Notes: generated by a model from the letters alone, not told the origin. Positions 1-10,198 are shown, counted from the first letter of the stretch. The stretch: 64,000 nt of DNA from Pyrinomonadaceae bacterium (GCA_046313635.1 JBKBYA010000008.1:64001-128000), one strand, 5' to 3'. A program made the numbers and translations.

Positions 1-2442
1 GGGGATTACCCCAGATCAGCATCTATCGGCGGCCCAACTTGGGACCGCTCGCGAAAGAAGCTCGTCGATGTCCTGAGTGATCTGCTTGGAGTGCGCCTCA
101 ATGGCCGTGTCCTCTCACCCAATGCTCTTGATAAATCTGCGGCAATGATACTCGCTGGATTTGTGTCGGTGGCGGATTGGATCGGATCGAATACAGATCA
201 TTTCCGATGTGGAGTGGACGATTTCACCGCCCCGATTGATCTTGATCTGGCAGAATATCTCGAAAGGTCGAGACAGTTTGCGGATCAAGCGATCAATGAT
301 CTCGGCTGGAACAGTTGGCCTAAAAATACGGCGGTCAAAGAATTTGATGAACTTTTCGATTTCGGCAACCGCAAACGTGACCTTCAAAATAAGGCGATCG
401 AGATCGCCCGTACGGTAACCGGACCCGGCATCTTTATCGTCGAGGCCCTGATGGGCGAGGGAAAGACCGAAACGGCAATGTACCTTGCCGATCACTTCAA
501 TGCGACTCTAGGGACACGGGGCATCTACTTTGCACTGCCAACGCAGGCAACGAGCGACCAGATGTTCGGTCGCATTTCGGCCTTTCTGAAGAATCGTTTC
601 GAAGAAACAGGTGAGTTTGTGAACCTGATACTTCAACACGGACACTCGTCACTCAACGATGAGTTCTCGGAGAATGTAAAGAATTTTCAGCGCATTCGGA
701 ATGTTTACGCCGACAACGAAGAGATATATCAAAAACACTCGAACGTCGGAGCAGCCGAATGGTTCACCTACCGGCGGCGCGGCCTGCTTGCTCCGTTCGG
801 GGTTGGCACCATTGACCAAATTTTGCTCGCGGCACTGCAAACAAAACATGTTTTCGTTCGTCTGTTCGGCCTTGCGCACAAGACCGTGGTCATCGATGAG
901 GTCCATGCTTATGACGCATATATGTCAACGCTGCTTGAACGTCTGCTTGAGTGGCTCGGCTCGCTCGGGTCGCCTGTCGTGATCCTCAGCGCAACGCTGC
1001 CGAAACATCGCCGAACGGAATTGCTCAAAGCCTACTTAAAAGGCGCGGGGCAAGAATTCCGAACAGGGGATGTGCCTATCGCGGTCGGTGACGAAGATGT
1101 TTATCCGCGTATTTCCTACGCTTTCGCCGGGATGCCGGAAAAGGAATTTCGGATAAGGAGGCTGGCGACCTCGGTGGAGAATACGAGACGCCTCGGGCTC
1201 GAGTTTCGAGACGACGATAAATTCGTCGCGGAGTTAAAGGAGAAGCTATCCGGCGGGGGCTGTGCGGCTATCATCTGCAACACCGTTCGCCGTGCACAGA
1301 AATTTTACGATCTGCTCAAAGGAGACGCTTTTTTCTCCGGAAATGCCGACGACGGCGAGCCGAAGCTCGATCTCCTGCACTCCGGCTTTCGCTTAAAAGA
1401 TCGTCAGCTTCGCGAAAAGCGCGCGCTGCTGCGGTTCGGCAAAGAAGGCTCGAGTGTGCCATTCACCGAAGGCGACAGCAAAGTGGATCTAAAAGTCCGT
1501 CGCCCGGACCTGGCGGTGCTGATCTCGACACAGATCATCGAGCAATCGCTCGATCTGGATTTCGACATAATGGTCAGCGACCTTGCTCCGGCCGACCTTT
1601 TGCTCCAGCGCGCGGGGCGGCTGCAGCGACACCGACGCGATAACCGGCCGGCTGCTTTTGTAGATCCCGGCACCGGCAAACCCGCCGCGAGACTATGGGT
1701 CCTTCGACCGCCGCTGGACGGGAACGGCGAGATTAGACGCTCGGAGACGAACTGCAGGCCCGAGCTCGGTGACAGCGGGCTGATCTACGATCACCATGTA
1801 CTGCTGCGTTCATGGTTCGCGCTTCGCACGCGCTACGAGATCAACCTGCCGAGTGAGGTTGAGGAGGTTATAGAGAAGATCTACGGCGACGGCGTCCCGG
1901 CTCCGGACGCCGATATTTCAGAGTACGATGCCGAACTGCTTCGGGCGACAAGGGACAAATACTTGAGCGATCTGGAGAACGAAAAGCAGATCGCCCGGAC
2001 ACGATACATAAATCATCCGCGCTGGAACGGCAGACTGGGCGAGCTGCTCCTGAGGCCGAAGGAAGAGGATTCGCCTGAACTTCATCCCGACAGTCAGGCG
2101 ATGACGAGGCTGGTGGAGCCGACCGTAAAGGTCGCTTGCCTTTGGGAAAATGACGGTCGGCTCTACACCGACGAGACGTATTCGCAGCCAATTGACTTAA
2201 CGAACGCGCTGAGCCGTTCCCTGCAGAAAGAGGTCATCCTGAATTCGGTGAATGTCTCAAATCGCTCGGTTGTTTTTAAGCTTTTCGATCTGCCGATTCC
2301 CGACGCGTTCCAGCTTTCACCGCTGCTTCGCCGTCATCGTTATCTGGTCTTCGGTGATGACTGTAAAGCTGAGACAGCGGGGCACGTTTTCGAACTTCAT
2401 CCTGAAAAGGGATTGCTAATCCGCAAAAAGGAGGAATTATAA
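1..2442 (+). CDS. cas3: CRISPR-associated helicase/nuclease Cas3, 5'-truncated by the window
   Basis: Frame is open from base 1. Contains the end of the HD domain (VSVADWIGS), Walker A-like ALMGEGKTE, DEVH, SAT, and QRAGRLQRH helicase motifs. Confidence 0.96.
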   Translation, partial: GDYPRSASIGGPTWDRSRKKLVDVLSDLLGVRLNGRVLSPNALDKSAAMILAGFVSVADWIGSNTDHFRCGVDDFTAPIDLDLAEYLERSRQFADQAINDLGWNSWPKNTAVKEFDELFDFGNRKRDLQNKAIEIARTVTGPGIFIVEALMGEGKTETAMYLADHFNATLGTRGIYFALPTQATSDQMFGRISAFLKNRFEETGEFVNLILQHGHSSLNDEFSENVKNFQRIRNVYADNEEIYQKHSNVGAAEWFTYRRRGLLAPFGVGTIDQILLAALQTKHVFVRLFGLAHKTVVIDEVHAYDAYMSTLLERLLEWLGSLGSPVVILSATLPKHRRTELLKAYLKGAGQEFRTGDVPIAVGDEDVYPRISYAFAGMPEKEFRIRRLATSVENTRRLGLEFRDDDKFVAELKEKLSGGGCAAIICNTVRRAQKFYDLLKGDAFFSGNADDGEPKLDLLHSGFRLKDRQLREKRALLRFGKEGSSVPFTEGDSKVDLKVRRPDLAVLISTQIIEQSLDLDFDIMVSDLAPADLLLQRAGRLQRHRRDNRPAAFVDPGTGKPAARLWVLRPPLDGNGEIRRSETNCRPELGDSGLIYDHHVLLRSWFALRTRYEINLPSEVEEVIEKIYGDGVPAPDADISEYDAELLRATRDKYLSDLENEKQIARTRYINHPRWNGRLGELLLRPKEEDSPELHPDSQAMTRLVEPTVKVACLWENDGRLYTDETYSQPIDLTNALSRSLQKEVILNSVNVSNRSVVFKLFDLPIPDAFQLSPLLRRHRYLVFGDDCKAETAGHVFELHPEKGLLIRKKEEL

Positions 2443-3975
2443 ATGGCAAGCTTCGATCTAAGGAGCGAGTCCTGGCTACCGTGTTTGACAGACGAGGGGC
2501 CGAGCGAAAGGTCGCTCCTCGAAGTTCTGACGAGATCACACAACATACGCGAACTGGTCGGCGATTCGCCGCCGATCACGATCGCACTTCACCGGCTGCT
2601 CATCGCAATACTGCACCGAATTCTCAGAGGGCCGAAGAATACAGACGAGTGGAACGAGCTTTATGCACGAGGCAGCTTCGACGCGGAGCAGATCAAAGAG
2701 TACTTCGACCGGTTTGCGGATCGATTTGATCTCTTCCACGAAAAGTACCCGTTCTATCAGGCGGCGTCGGCTCGTGAGCATCTGCAGGACGGGGCGGCGA
2801 TCCAGCTCTATTTTCAGGGCAAGAACAACGCGACTCTCTTTGAGCACACATCGACAACGGCGCCTAAGTCGATCTCTCCCGCCGAGGCCGCGCGGCTGAT
2901 CGTCGCCTTTCAGGGATTTGATTTTGGAGGCATCAAGGCTGACGGGTCAGCTCAGACCGCGCCGCTCCTGCAGAGTGCGGTCGCGCTGGTACGCGGTAAG
3001 AACCTGTTTGAGACATTGATGCTTAATCTTCATCGTTACGACGGAGAGAACGCGTCCCCGTTTGTATTTGATGAAGGGGAGGACCTGCCCGCGTGGGAGC
3101 GCGAGGAAGAGACGCATAGCGCCGTCCGCTGGCCCGCCGGCCCTGTCGATCTGCTCACCTGGCAGCCGCGGCGTCTTGCTATCGAAGCAAGCGAAGACAA
3201 AGACGGAAGCCCGGTGATCAGGAATGCCGTGGTAATGCTCGGATATTCGTTCCCCAAGGACGTCGCGCTTCACGCAAAGGAAACAATGATGGCCTTTCGC
3301 AAGAACAAGGACGGCCAGATGTTCTCGATCGGCTTTAGTGAAAATCGTGCGTTGTGGCGTAACAGCGAGTCGCTGATCAAGGCGACGACGGCCGACCATG
3401 CGCGGCCTCGCTCGCTCGATTGGGTGAACGAGCTCCGGCTGGACGGTTACATCGGTAAACAGAAACTGCCTATCGATGTTTACGGCCTCGCCGCCGACAA
3501 AGCAAAGCTGCTTTTTTGGAATCATGAGAGGTTTGATCTGCCGCTGGCTTTCTTGAGCGACGTCGACCTCACGGCGAATCTGGGCAGGTGTCTCGCATTC
3601 GCCGAAGAGGTCGGCTCGGCGGTGCGCGCGAGTATGAAGGCTCTAGCTGACGAGCTGGAAACCGAGCGCGAAACGTTTTTCGCAGAGGGAAATTTCTGGT
3701 CGCAACTGGAATCGCGTTTTCACGCGTTACTCGACCGGCTGCCATCCGACCGCGAAGCTGAGATGCGCGCCTGGTTCGCCGACACGCTGAGGACGGCGAG
3801 CGGCGCGTTCCGCGAAACCGTAAACAGCCTCAGCGGGACCGCCGCCGAGGTCGAGGCCGCGGTGAAGGCCGAAAACATGCTGTGGGGCGTGATCAGCAAA
3901 GCTATCAAAGCTAACGCAACTTCGTGGGCGGTCTACTTGCCCGAAAAGTTTGCGGCAAAAGGAGGACAAAAATGA
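2443..3975 (+). CDS. cse1: Type I-E Cascade large subunit Cas8e (Cse1/CasA)
   Basis: 510 aa; N-terminal FDL...WLP, DRFDLFHEKYPFYQ, GKNLFETLMLNL; starts immediately after the cas3 stop. Confidence 0.93.
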   Translation: MASFDLRSESWLPCLTDEGPSERSLLEVLTRSHNIRELVGDSPPITIALHRLLIAILHRILRGPKNTDEWNELYARGSFDAEQIKEYFDRFADRFDLFHEKYPFYQAASAREHLQDGAAIQLYFQGKNNATLFEHTSTTAPKSISPAEAARLIVAFQGFDFGGIKADGSAQTAPLLQSAVALVRGKNLFETLMLNLHRYDGENASPFVFDEGEDLPAWEREEETHSAVRWPAGPVDLLTWQPRRLAIEASEDKDGSPVIRNAVVMLGYSFPKDVALHAKETMMAFRKNKDGQMFSIGFSENRALWRNSESLIKATTADHARPRSLDWVNELRLDGYIGKQKLPIDVYGLAADKAKLLFWNHERFDLPLAFLSDVDLTANLGRCLAFAEEVGSAVRASMKALADELETERETFFAEGNFWSQLESRFHALLDRLPSDREAEMRAWFADTLRTASGAFRETVNSLSGTAAEVEAAVKAENMLWGVISKAIKANATSWAVYLPEKFAAKGGQK

Positions 3976-4520
3976 ACAAACAAATTTCGGCGGCCGAGGG
4001 GCCGGAGGATGCCGCGCTTGTCGGCTATCTGAAGACGCTGGCCGCAAGACAGGACCGTGCGGCATTGGCACACCTCCGGCGCGGTCTCGGCCGACGCCCG
4101 GGCGAGGCGGTGGAGATGTATCCGTATGTCGGCAGGTTTATCAATGAAAAGACGAACGACTCGCATGACCGGGCCGTTTTCCTAACCTCTGCGTTGTTTG
4201 CCGCCTACCCGGAAGCGCCCCAGAACACCGGCGATCTGGGACGTTCCGTCAGGCAGCTAGCCGACAAAGCCGGAAGCGACAGCATCGAGCGCCGCTTTGT
4301 CGCCTTGCTCGATGCCGATACGGACGTTCTTCACTACTACCTTCGCCAGATGGTCGGGCTGCTAAAGGCACACGGGATAGCAGTGAACTGGAACCGACTT
4401 TTCGAGGACATTCGCGACTGGGATCGTTCCGGCCGCGTCGTCCAGCGACGATGGGCACGCTCCTTTTGGGGAAGTGCCGAGACCAACAACACTACAGACA
4501 CCCACGAGGGAGGAGAATAG
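3972..4520 (+). CDS. cse2: Type I-E small subunit Cas11 (Cse2/CasB)
   Basis: ATG at 3972 overlaps the cse1 stop (ATGA), with GGAGG upstream; motifs LAHLRRGLG, ERRFVALL, VQRRWARSFW. Confidence 0.93.
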   Translation: MNKQISAAEGPEDAALVGYLKTLAARQDRAALAHLRRGLGRRPGEAVEMYPYVGRFINEKTNDSHDRAVFLTSALFAAYPEAPQNTGDLGRSVRQLADKAGSDSIERRFVALLDADTDVLHYYLRQMVGLLKAHGIAVNWNRLFEDIRDWDRSGRVVQRRWARSFWGSAETNNTTDTHEGGE

Positions 4521-4525
4521 CGAAA

Positions 4526-5650
4526 ATGATCCTGGAGCTTCATATGATCCAAAACTTTGCACCTTCAAATCTTAACCGCAGCGACACGGGCTCGCCGAAG
4601 GACTGCACCTTTGGCGGCGTCCGTCGTGCCCGGATATCAAGCCAGTGCTTCAAACGCGCGATGAGGACGTACTTCCGCGACAAGTTCGAGCGGCCTGAAA
4701 ATCTGGCCGAGCGTTCGACACGGTTGATGGACAGCATCGCAAAAAGACTCGTCGAAAACGGCCGCGACCCGGAGCAGTCGCGAAAAGCAGCCCTCGGAGC
4801 GGTCACATGCGTCGGACTGAAGGCTTCCAAGAAAGACCCCGGAAAGACAGAGTATCTTCTCTTCATGGGCCGCGACGAGATCGATCGGATCGTCAACGTG
4901 TGCAATGAACATTTCGACGATCTGGCGACCGACAAGATCCCGTCGGCGACCGCGAACGCGGTGGCAAAAAGGCTCATGGACGTGATGAAGGAAGGCAAGG
5001 CCGCCGATCTCGGGCTATTCGGCCGTATGTTGGCCGACCTGCCTGAGCGCAATCGCGACGCCGCCTCGCAGGTCGCCCACGCCATTTCCACTCACAAGGT
5101 CGGGCTGGAATTTGATTTCTTCACCGCGGTCGATGACTTGCGGCCCGAAGATACCGCCGGGAGCGATCACCTCGGAACGGTCGAGTTCAATTCGGCGTGC
5201 TTTTACCGTTACGCGAACGTGAACGTCGACAAGCTGCGCGAGAATCTGCAGAACGACGAGGAGTTAACAAAGGCCACGGTCGCGGCATACATCAGGGCCG
5301 CGGTCGAAGCCCTGCCGACCGGCAAGCAAAACTCTTTCGCGACCCACGAGAAGCCGTCGCTTGTGTACGCCGTTGTACGCGATGCAGGGATGATGTCGCT
5401 GGCGAATGCGTTCGAGAAGCCGGTCTTCGATCCTAAAGGCGGTTTGGTCGACGAATCGATCCGGCGGCTTGCTGACCACTACCGCCAAGTTACCGCCGTC
5501 TACGGCAATGGCGGAGCGACCTCTCGTGTCTTTGTTACGACCACCGTCGGCGGCGCCGACGCTGCGACCGCTCTCGGCGATAATGCGGGCAGCTTCGATG
5601 CCCTGGTCGCTCGCACGATGTCGGCCATCTTCGGCGGCGGGGAGGCGTGA
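4526..5650 (+). CDS. cas7: Type I-E backbone subunit Cas7 (CasC)
   Basis: ELHMIQNFAPSNLNRSDTGSPK, RARISSQCFKRA, LFGRM, DFFTAVDD, PTGKQNSFA. Confidence 0.96.
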   Translation: MILELHMIQNFAPSNLNRSDTGSPKDCTFGGVRRARISSQCFKRAMRTYFRDKFERPENLAERSTRLMDSIAKRLVENGRDPEQSRKAALGAVTCVGLKASKKDPGKTEYLLFMGRDEIDRIVNVCNEHFDDLATDKIPSATANAVAKRLMDVMKEGKAADLGLFGRMLADLPERNRDAASQVAHAISTHKVGLEFDFFTAVDDLRPEDTAGSDHLGTVEFNSACFYRYANVNVDKLRENLQNDEELTKATVAAYIRAAVEALPTGKQNSFATHEKPSLVYAVVRDAGMMSLANAFEKPVFDPKGGLVDESIRRLADHYRQVTAVYGNGGATSRVFVTTTVGGADAATALGDNAGSFDALVARTMSAIFGGGEA

Positions 5651-5654
5651 TGAT

Positions 5655-6380
5655 ATGTCCCACATACTCTTTATGCGTCTGGCTGGCCCAATGCAGTCCT
5701 GGGGCGTGATGTCGCGGTTCTCGCGCCGCGACACCGGCAAGGAGCCGTCGAAGTCCGGCGTCGTCGGTCTGATCTGTTCGGCCATGGGAATACCGCGCAA
5801 TGACGACCGGCATCCCGATTTCATCAAGCTGTCCAATGCTCGGCTTGGGATTCGGGTACTCAGAGGCGGCACACTGCAGAGCGATTATCACACCGCGCAG
5901 GACATTGCCATCGCGAATGCGGAAAGGAGAAAGGACGGTACATACAAAACGAAAGACACTGAACTTTCGACCCGCTTTTATCTCTCGGACGCCGATTTTA
6001 TCGCCGCTCTCGAGTCAGACGACCGCGACCTGCTCGAACGCGTCCATGAAGCGCTGAAAAAACCGGTCTGGCAGCTTTTCCTTGGCCGCAAGGCGTTCGT
6101 GCCGCATTTGCCGGTCAATGTCCCGGACGGGTTCGCGATCATCGACGGCGTCGATCTTGAGGCCGCGCTCAGCGACGACGCGATCATCGATCGACTTTGC
6201 CCGACGATGCCTTATCGAAGGTTTGATCATGTTCAGCGGCTGATCCTGGAGGACGATGAGGGTTCGGAGATACGCCAGGATGTTCCGCTTTCGTTTGGGA
6301 GACGGCGATTCACCATCCGCCGCGTGCGAACGACGTTTGTCAAAAATACAGGAGGCGAAGGTGATGGAACTTTATCTTAG
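5655..6380 (+). CDS. cas5: Type I-E Cas5 (CasD)
   Basis: LAGPMQSWG, PSKSGVVGLI, DYHT, YLSDADF, LFLGRK. Confidence 0.95.
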   Translation: MSHILFMRLAGPMQSWGVMSRFSRRDTGKEPSKSGVVGLICSAMGIPRNDDRHPDFIKLSNARLGIRVLRGGTLQSDYHTAQDIAIANAERRKDGTYKTKDTELSTRFYLSDADFIAALESDDRDLLERVHEALKKPVWQLFLGRKAFVPHLPVNVPDGFAIIDGVDLEAALSDDAIIDRLCPTMPYRRFDHVQRLILEDDEGSEIRQDVPLSFGRRRFTIRRVRTTFVKNTGGEGDGTLS

Positions 6381-7143
6381 CCGCATAATTCTGAATCCAT
6401 TATCAAAGGCGGTGATGCACGATCTCGGCAGCGCGCGCCAGCTGCATAAGACCATCTCAACGTGTTTCCCTGGCATCGACGGCCAGGCCGACAGGCCCCC
6501 GCATGAGAAACGCACACCGAGGAATGTGTACAAGCTGCTCCACCGCGTCGATCGCAAAGGTGGATCCACCGTGCTTTACGTCCAGTCGGCCACGCGGCCG
6601 GATTGGAATCGCCTTCCGTCGGGATACGCCAGCCAGGCGGACTCAAAGCCGGTGCACGAGCTGTACGCCCGCATCGCCGATGGAGACCATTTGCAGTTTC
6701 GGCTCACCGCAAACCCGACGAAACGAATTGGCAAGAATCTCCGCGACGACGCCCGCTATCAGCGACTCGACCAGAGCGAACAGGATGAATTCGTCCGAAA
6801 GTTTCGTGATGATAAGCGGCGGCGGCGAGTGGCGATCTATAACGAAGCAGAGCGGATGTCGTGGCTCAGTCGAAAAGGCGAGGCAGCGGGGTTTCGCCTC
6901 GCAAGCGTGAGGGTCAACGATAACGTGTCGAATGTGACGATTGTCGAAACGTCGAAGGTAAGGGTCTGGCGCGGGCGTGGCGACGACCCGATGACTTTTG
7001 GCTCGGTCACCTTCGAGGGCGTACTCGAGGTCACCGATGCTGACAGGTTCCGCGAGGCGCTTGTCAAAGGCATCGGTACGGGCAAGGCATACGGGTTTGG
7101 GCTGCTCTCGATCGCGCCGGTGAGGGCGGCGTCGGCAGGATGA
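6364..7143 (+). CDS. cas6e: Type I-E crRNA endoribonuclease Cas6e (CasE/Cse3)
   Basis: MELYLSRI start, FRLTANPTK, C-terminal G-loop GIGTGKAYGFGLL. Confidence 0.95.
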   Translation: MELYLSRIILNPLSKAVMHDLGSARQLHKTISTCFPGIDGQADRPPHEKRTPRNVYKLLHRVDRKGGSTVLYVQSATRPDWNRLPSGYASQADSKPVHELYARIADGDHLQFRLTANPTKRIGKNLRDDARYQRLDQSEQDEFVRKFRDDKRRRRVAIYNEAERMSWLSRKGEAAGFRLASVRVNDNVSNVTIVETSKVRVWRGRGDDPMTFGSVTFEGVLEVTDADRFREALVKGIGTGKAYGFGLLSIAPVRAASAG

Positions 7144-8093
7144 AGTTAAAAGACCTGACAACGCTGCCGAAGGTGCGCGACAGCGTCAGTTATCTCTACG
7201 TCGAGCACTGCCGGGTCGAGCAGGACGCAAAGGCGATCGCGTTCTTCGACGAGGAAGGAAAGACCGCCGTTCCGTGCGCAAACATTACGACGCTGATGCT
7301 CGGGCCCGGAACGTCCATCACGCATGCTGCGATCAAGACGCTTGCCGACAACGGCTGTCTGGTCCTGTGGTCGGGCGAGGGAGCGGTCCGGTTCTATTCG
7401 CAGGGGATGGGCGAGACGCGCTCGGCGCGGCACCTGCTTCGCCAGGCGTGGCTGTGTTCGGTCCCGAGCCTGCGGCTTCGCGTGGTGCGGCGAATGTACG
7501 AGATGCGATTCGCCGCTCCGCTGCCTGAGGATATGACCCTGCAGCAGATCCGCGGGCGTGAGGGCGTTCGCGTTCGGACCGCTTACTCGCAGGCAAGTGC
7601 TCGGACGGGTGTGGAATGGACCGGTCGGCAGTACAACCGCGCTCAATGGAGCGACTCGTCGCCCATTAATCGTGCGCTGTCGAGTGCCAACAGCTGCCTC
7701 TACGGCGTCTGTCACGCGGCCATCGTCTCGGCCGGGTATTCGCCGGCACTCGGCTTTATCCATACCGGCAAGATGCTGTCATTCGTGTACGACATCGCCG
7801 ATCTGTACAAGGCCGAGATCACGATCCCGCTTGCGTTTGAGATGGTCGCAGAGTCCGAGCTCGATCTCGAAAGCCGGATCCGGCACGCCCTTCGCGATCG
7901 GTTTTATGAGGAGCGGCTTTTGCAGCGGATCGTTCCCGATCTCGAAAAAGCTCTCGACGTAAAGACCGACGACGCCGAGCTCGCCTTTGATCTCGATGAG
8001 GCGGCCCCGGGCGACCTGTGGGACGGCGACGGGAGCTCGAGTGTGCCGGGGGGCGTCAATTGGGCCGACACGGGCCGAGAGGAGGTAGAGTAA
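7140..8093 (+). CDS. cas1: Type I-E Cas1 integrase
   Basis: LMLGPGTSITHAA, RGREGVRVR, NRALSSANSCLYG, GFIHTGKMLSFVYDIADLYK. Confidence 0.97.
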   Translation: MKLKDLTTLPKVRDSVSYLYVEHCRVEQDAKAIAFFDEEGKTAVPCANITTLMLGPGTSITHAAIKTLADNGCLVLWSGEGAVRFYSQGMGETRSARHLLRQAWLCSVPSLRLRVVRRMYEMRFAAPLPEDMTLQQIRGREGVRVRTAYSQASARTGVEWTGRQYNRAQWSDSSPINRALSSANSCLYGVCHAAIVSAGYSPALGFIHTGKMLSFVYDIADLYKAEITIPLAFEMVAESELDLESRIRHALRDRFYEERLLQRIVPDLEKALDVKTDDAELAFDLDEAAPGDLWDGDGSSSVPGGVNWADTGREEVE

Positions 8094-8375
8094 ATGGTCG
8101 TTTTCCTTTTGGAAAAAGTGCCGGTCTCTCTTCGCGGCGAGATCACGAGATGGATGATCGAACTGCGGCCCGGCGTCTTTGTCGGAAATCTCTCGGCCCT
8201 CGTCCGCGATAAGCTCTGGGAAATGATCTGCCAAAAGTCGCGTGCCGGAGCCGCGACAATGCTCCGCAGCGCCGCTAACGAGCAAGGCTATGAGATACTC
8301 ACTCACGGCGAGACGGCACGCAAGATCAGACGCTTTGACGGCCTCCAGCTGGTTACCGTGCCGCACCGAAAGTGA
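8094..8375 (+). CDS. cas2: Type I-E Cas2
   Basis: 93 aa; LRGEITRWMIE, GVFVG, NEQGY, FDGLQLV. Confidence 0.95.
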   Translation: MVVFLLEKVPVSLRGEITRWMIELRPGVFVGNLSALVRDKLWEMICQKSRAGAATMLRSAANEQGYEILTHGETARKIRRFDGLQLVTVPHRK

Positions 8376-8425
8376 GCCGGACACATAAACTATCTAAAGA
8401 CCCGAAAACCACGTATTTTATATGT
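8376..8425 (+). promoter_or_regulatory. Short AT-rich CRISPR leader
   Basis: Lies between the cas2 stop and the first repeat. Repeat orientation GTGTTC...AACCG matches the canonical I-E sense, which places the leader here. Confidence 0.6.
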
Positions 8426-9738
8426 GTGTTCTCCACGCACGTGGAGATGAACCGCGGAACGGCGGAGTTGAATGAATTTTATCGTTGTGTTCTCCACGCA
8501 CGTGGAGATGAACCGGTATTCGCTGTTGGAATTTGCCGGGGCTCCTCGTGTTCTCCACGCACGTGGAGATGAACCGAAGCGAGAAGAATTGTACCAGAGA
8601 CTTGGGAAGTGTTCTCCACGCACGTGGAGATGAACCGGGAGACGAGGTCTGGATCGTGGACACGACGATGTGTTCTCCACGCACGTGGAGATGAACCGAA
8701 ATCGCGCCGTAACTTGGTCGCCGGCGGAAAGTGTTCTCCACGCACGTGGAGATGAACCGTGCAGCGTTTCCTCGCCGCAGTTGATTGTCGTGTGTTCTCC
8801 ACGCACGTGGAGATGAACCGGCTGCCGGAGCTGAATGTCTGCCCCTCTCTAACGTGTTCTCCACGCACGTGGAGATGAACCGCAAACGTGGCCGTCTCCG
8901 GCGAGCGTTCGTGGGTGTTCTCCACGCACGTGGAGATGAACCGTATTCACAAACAACTTCCAACACTATCAGTTCGTGTTCTCCACGCACGTGGAGATGA
9001 ACCGTCCTCAACCATACGGTCAAGCCTCGCGTTGAAGTGTTCTCCACGCACGTGGAGATGAACCGAACCCCCCTTGACATTATTATTCAGTGCATTAGTG
9101 TTCTCCACGCACGTGGAGATGAACCGGAACGCTTTGCCAACAAAGAGCACGATCTATTGTGTTCTCCACGCACGTGGAGATGAACCGCGAAATCTTGAAA
9201 AGGAGAACGGCCGGGGAACGTGTTCTCCACGCACGTGGAGATGAACCGATCAAGGTCGGCGACGGCGTGACGGCCTACAACGTGTTCTCCACGCACGTGG
9301 AGATGAACCGGTCGCGCTCAGCTCGTTCGCGTGCCTCTCCGGGTGTTCTCCACGCACGTGGAGATGAACCGATGTCGCAGTAATACCGCTTGGCTTTAAT
9401 GTTGTGTTCTCCACGCACGTGGAGATGAACCGGTCAAGTCGCCAGCCAGAGCAATCACACGATCGTGTTCTCCACGCACGTGGAGATGAACCGTCACTGT
9501 CTGTCGCCGCTATCTCACGCGAGTAGGTGTTCTCCACGCACGTGGAGATGAACCGCGGCCAAATTCCGGTTTACGGAATACAGGATCGTGTTCTCCACGC
9601 ACGTGGAGATGAACCGAAGCAGCGTCAGAGATAATTCGCGCGAAGCATGTGTTCTCCACGCACGTGGAGATGAACCGCTGGACACTTCCAAGAATCCCTT
9701 TTTGGAAGAGTGTTCTCCACGCACGTGGAGATGAACCG
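8426..9738 (+). CRISPR. Type I-E CRISPR array: 22 repeats, 21 unique spacers of 32-33 bp
   Basis: Repeat GTGTTCTCCACGCACGTGGAGATGAACCG (29 bp, internal TCTCCAC/GTGGAGA stem) recurs at a 61-62 bp period. First copy at 8426, last at 9710-9738. Confidence 0.99.
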
Positions 9739-9763
9739 ACTCACTGTTGCGAAGTACCAGAGT

Positions 9764-9946
9764 ACCTAAGTACCAGAGTTGTTTTGACGAGTAATCGTCG
9801 AGTCAGACGGCCTAAAGTCGTGGAATCTCAGACTACTCGAGGAGCGAAGCACCTAAGTACCAGAGTTGTTTTGACGAGTAATCGTCGACGTCAGACGGCC
9901 TAAAGTCTTGGAATCTCAGACTACTCGAGGAGCGAAGCACCTAAGT
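9764..9946. repeat. Tandem duplication of an 87-88 bp structured unit bounded by ACCTAAGT
   Basis: Copies at 9764-9850 and 9851-9938 differ by one indel and one substitution; a third ACCTAAGT sits at 9939-9946. Confidence 0.92.
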
Positions 9947-10136
9947 TGTTTGCAGTGTTGGAGTGGAGATCGGAGGGCCGTGGGGGCCGCATGCCTGTTT
10001 CGGTGGAGGTGATCGCGGGACGGTCAGTTGCGGACCGGGAGGTGCGGACGCGGCACACTTTGCTCTTTGATCAGGCTGCTCGGAGCCGGCATTCTCGACG
10101 TCTCAATGACGCAGGAGAGCGGTGTTTGTTCCAAAC

Positions 10137-10169
10137 AAAAGAGGCCGCCATTTTGACGGGCCTCTTTTT
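10137..10169. terminator. Probable bidirectional intrinsic terminator
   Basis: AAAAGAGGCC...GGCCTCTTTTT, downstream of the wzc-like gene. Confidence 0.7.
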
Positions 10170-10198
10170 GGTTTTAACCGAAAGTTTTACTTAGATGC

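Noticed and set aside
8455..9709. Self-targeting or duplicated spacers; TTGACA in spacer 11; hairpin in spacer 21
   Set aside because: No match noticed within the window by eye (not exhaustive); TTGACA lacks a properly spaced -10; the hairpin is short.
8372..9903. Many short ORFs with repeated peptides across the array
   Set aside because: They are translations of the CRISPR repeats and the downstream duplication, not genes.
9764..9938. Hammerhead ribozyme or type III antitoxin interpretation of the duplicated unit
   Set aside because: UUGACGA resembles CUGANGA but the required GAAA after stem II is missing, and no toxin-like ORF follows.
9955..9980. GTGTT..GTGGAGAT..CCG as a degenerate terminal CRISPR repeat
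   Set aside because: Only short partial matches with wrong spacing; could be chance.
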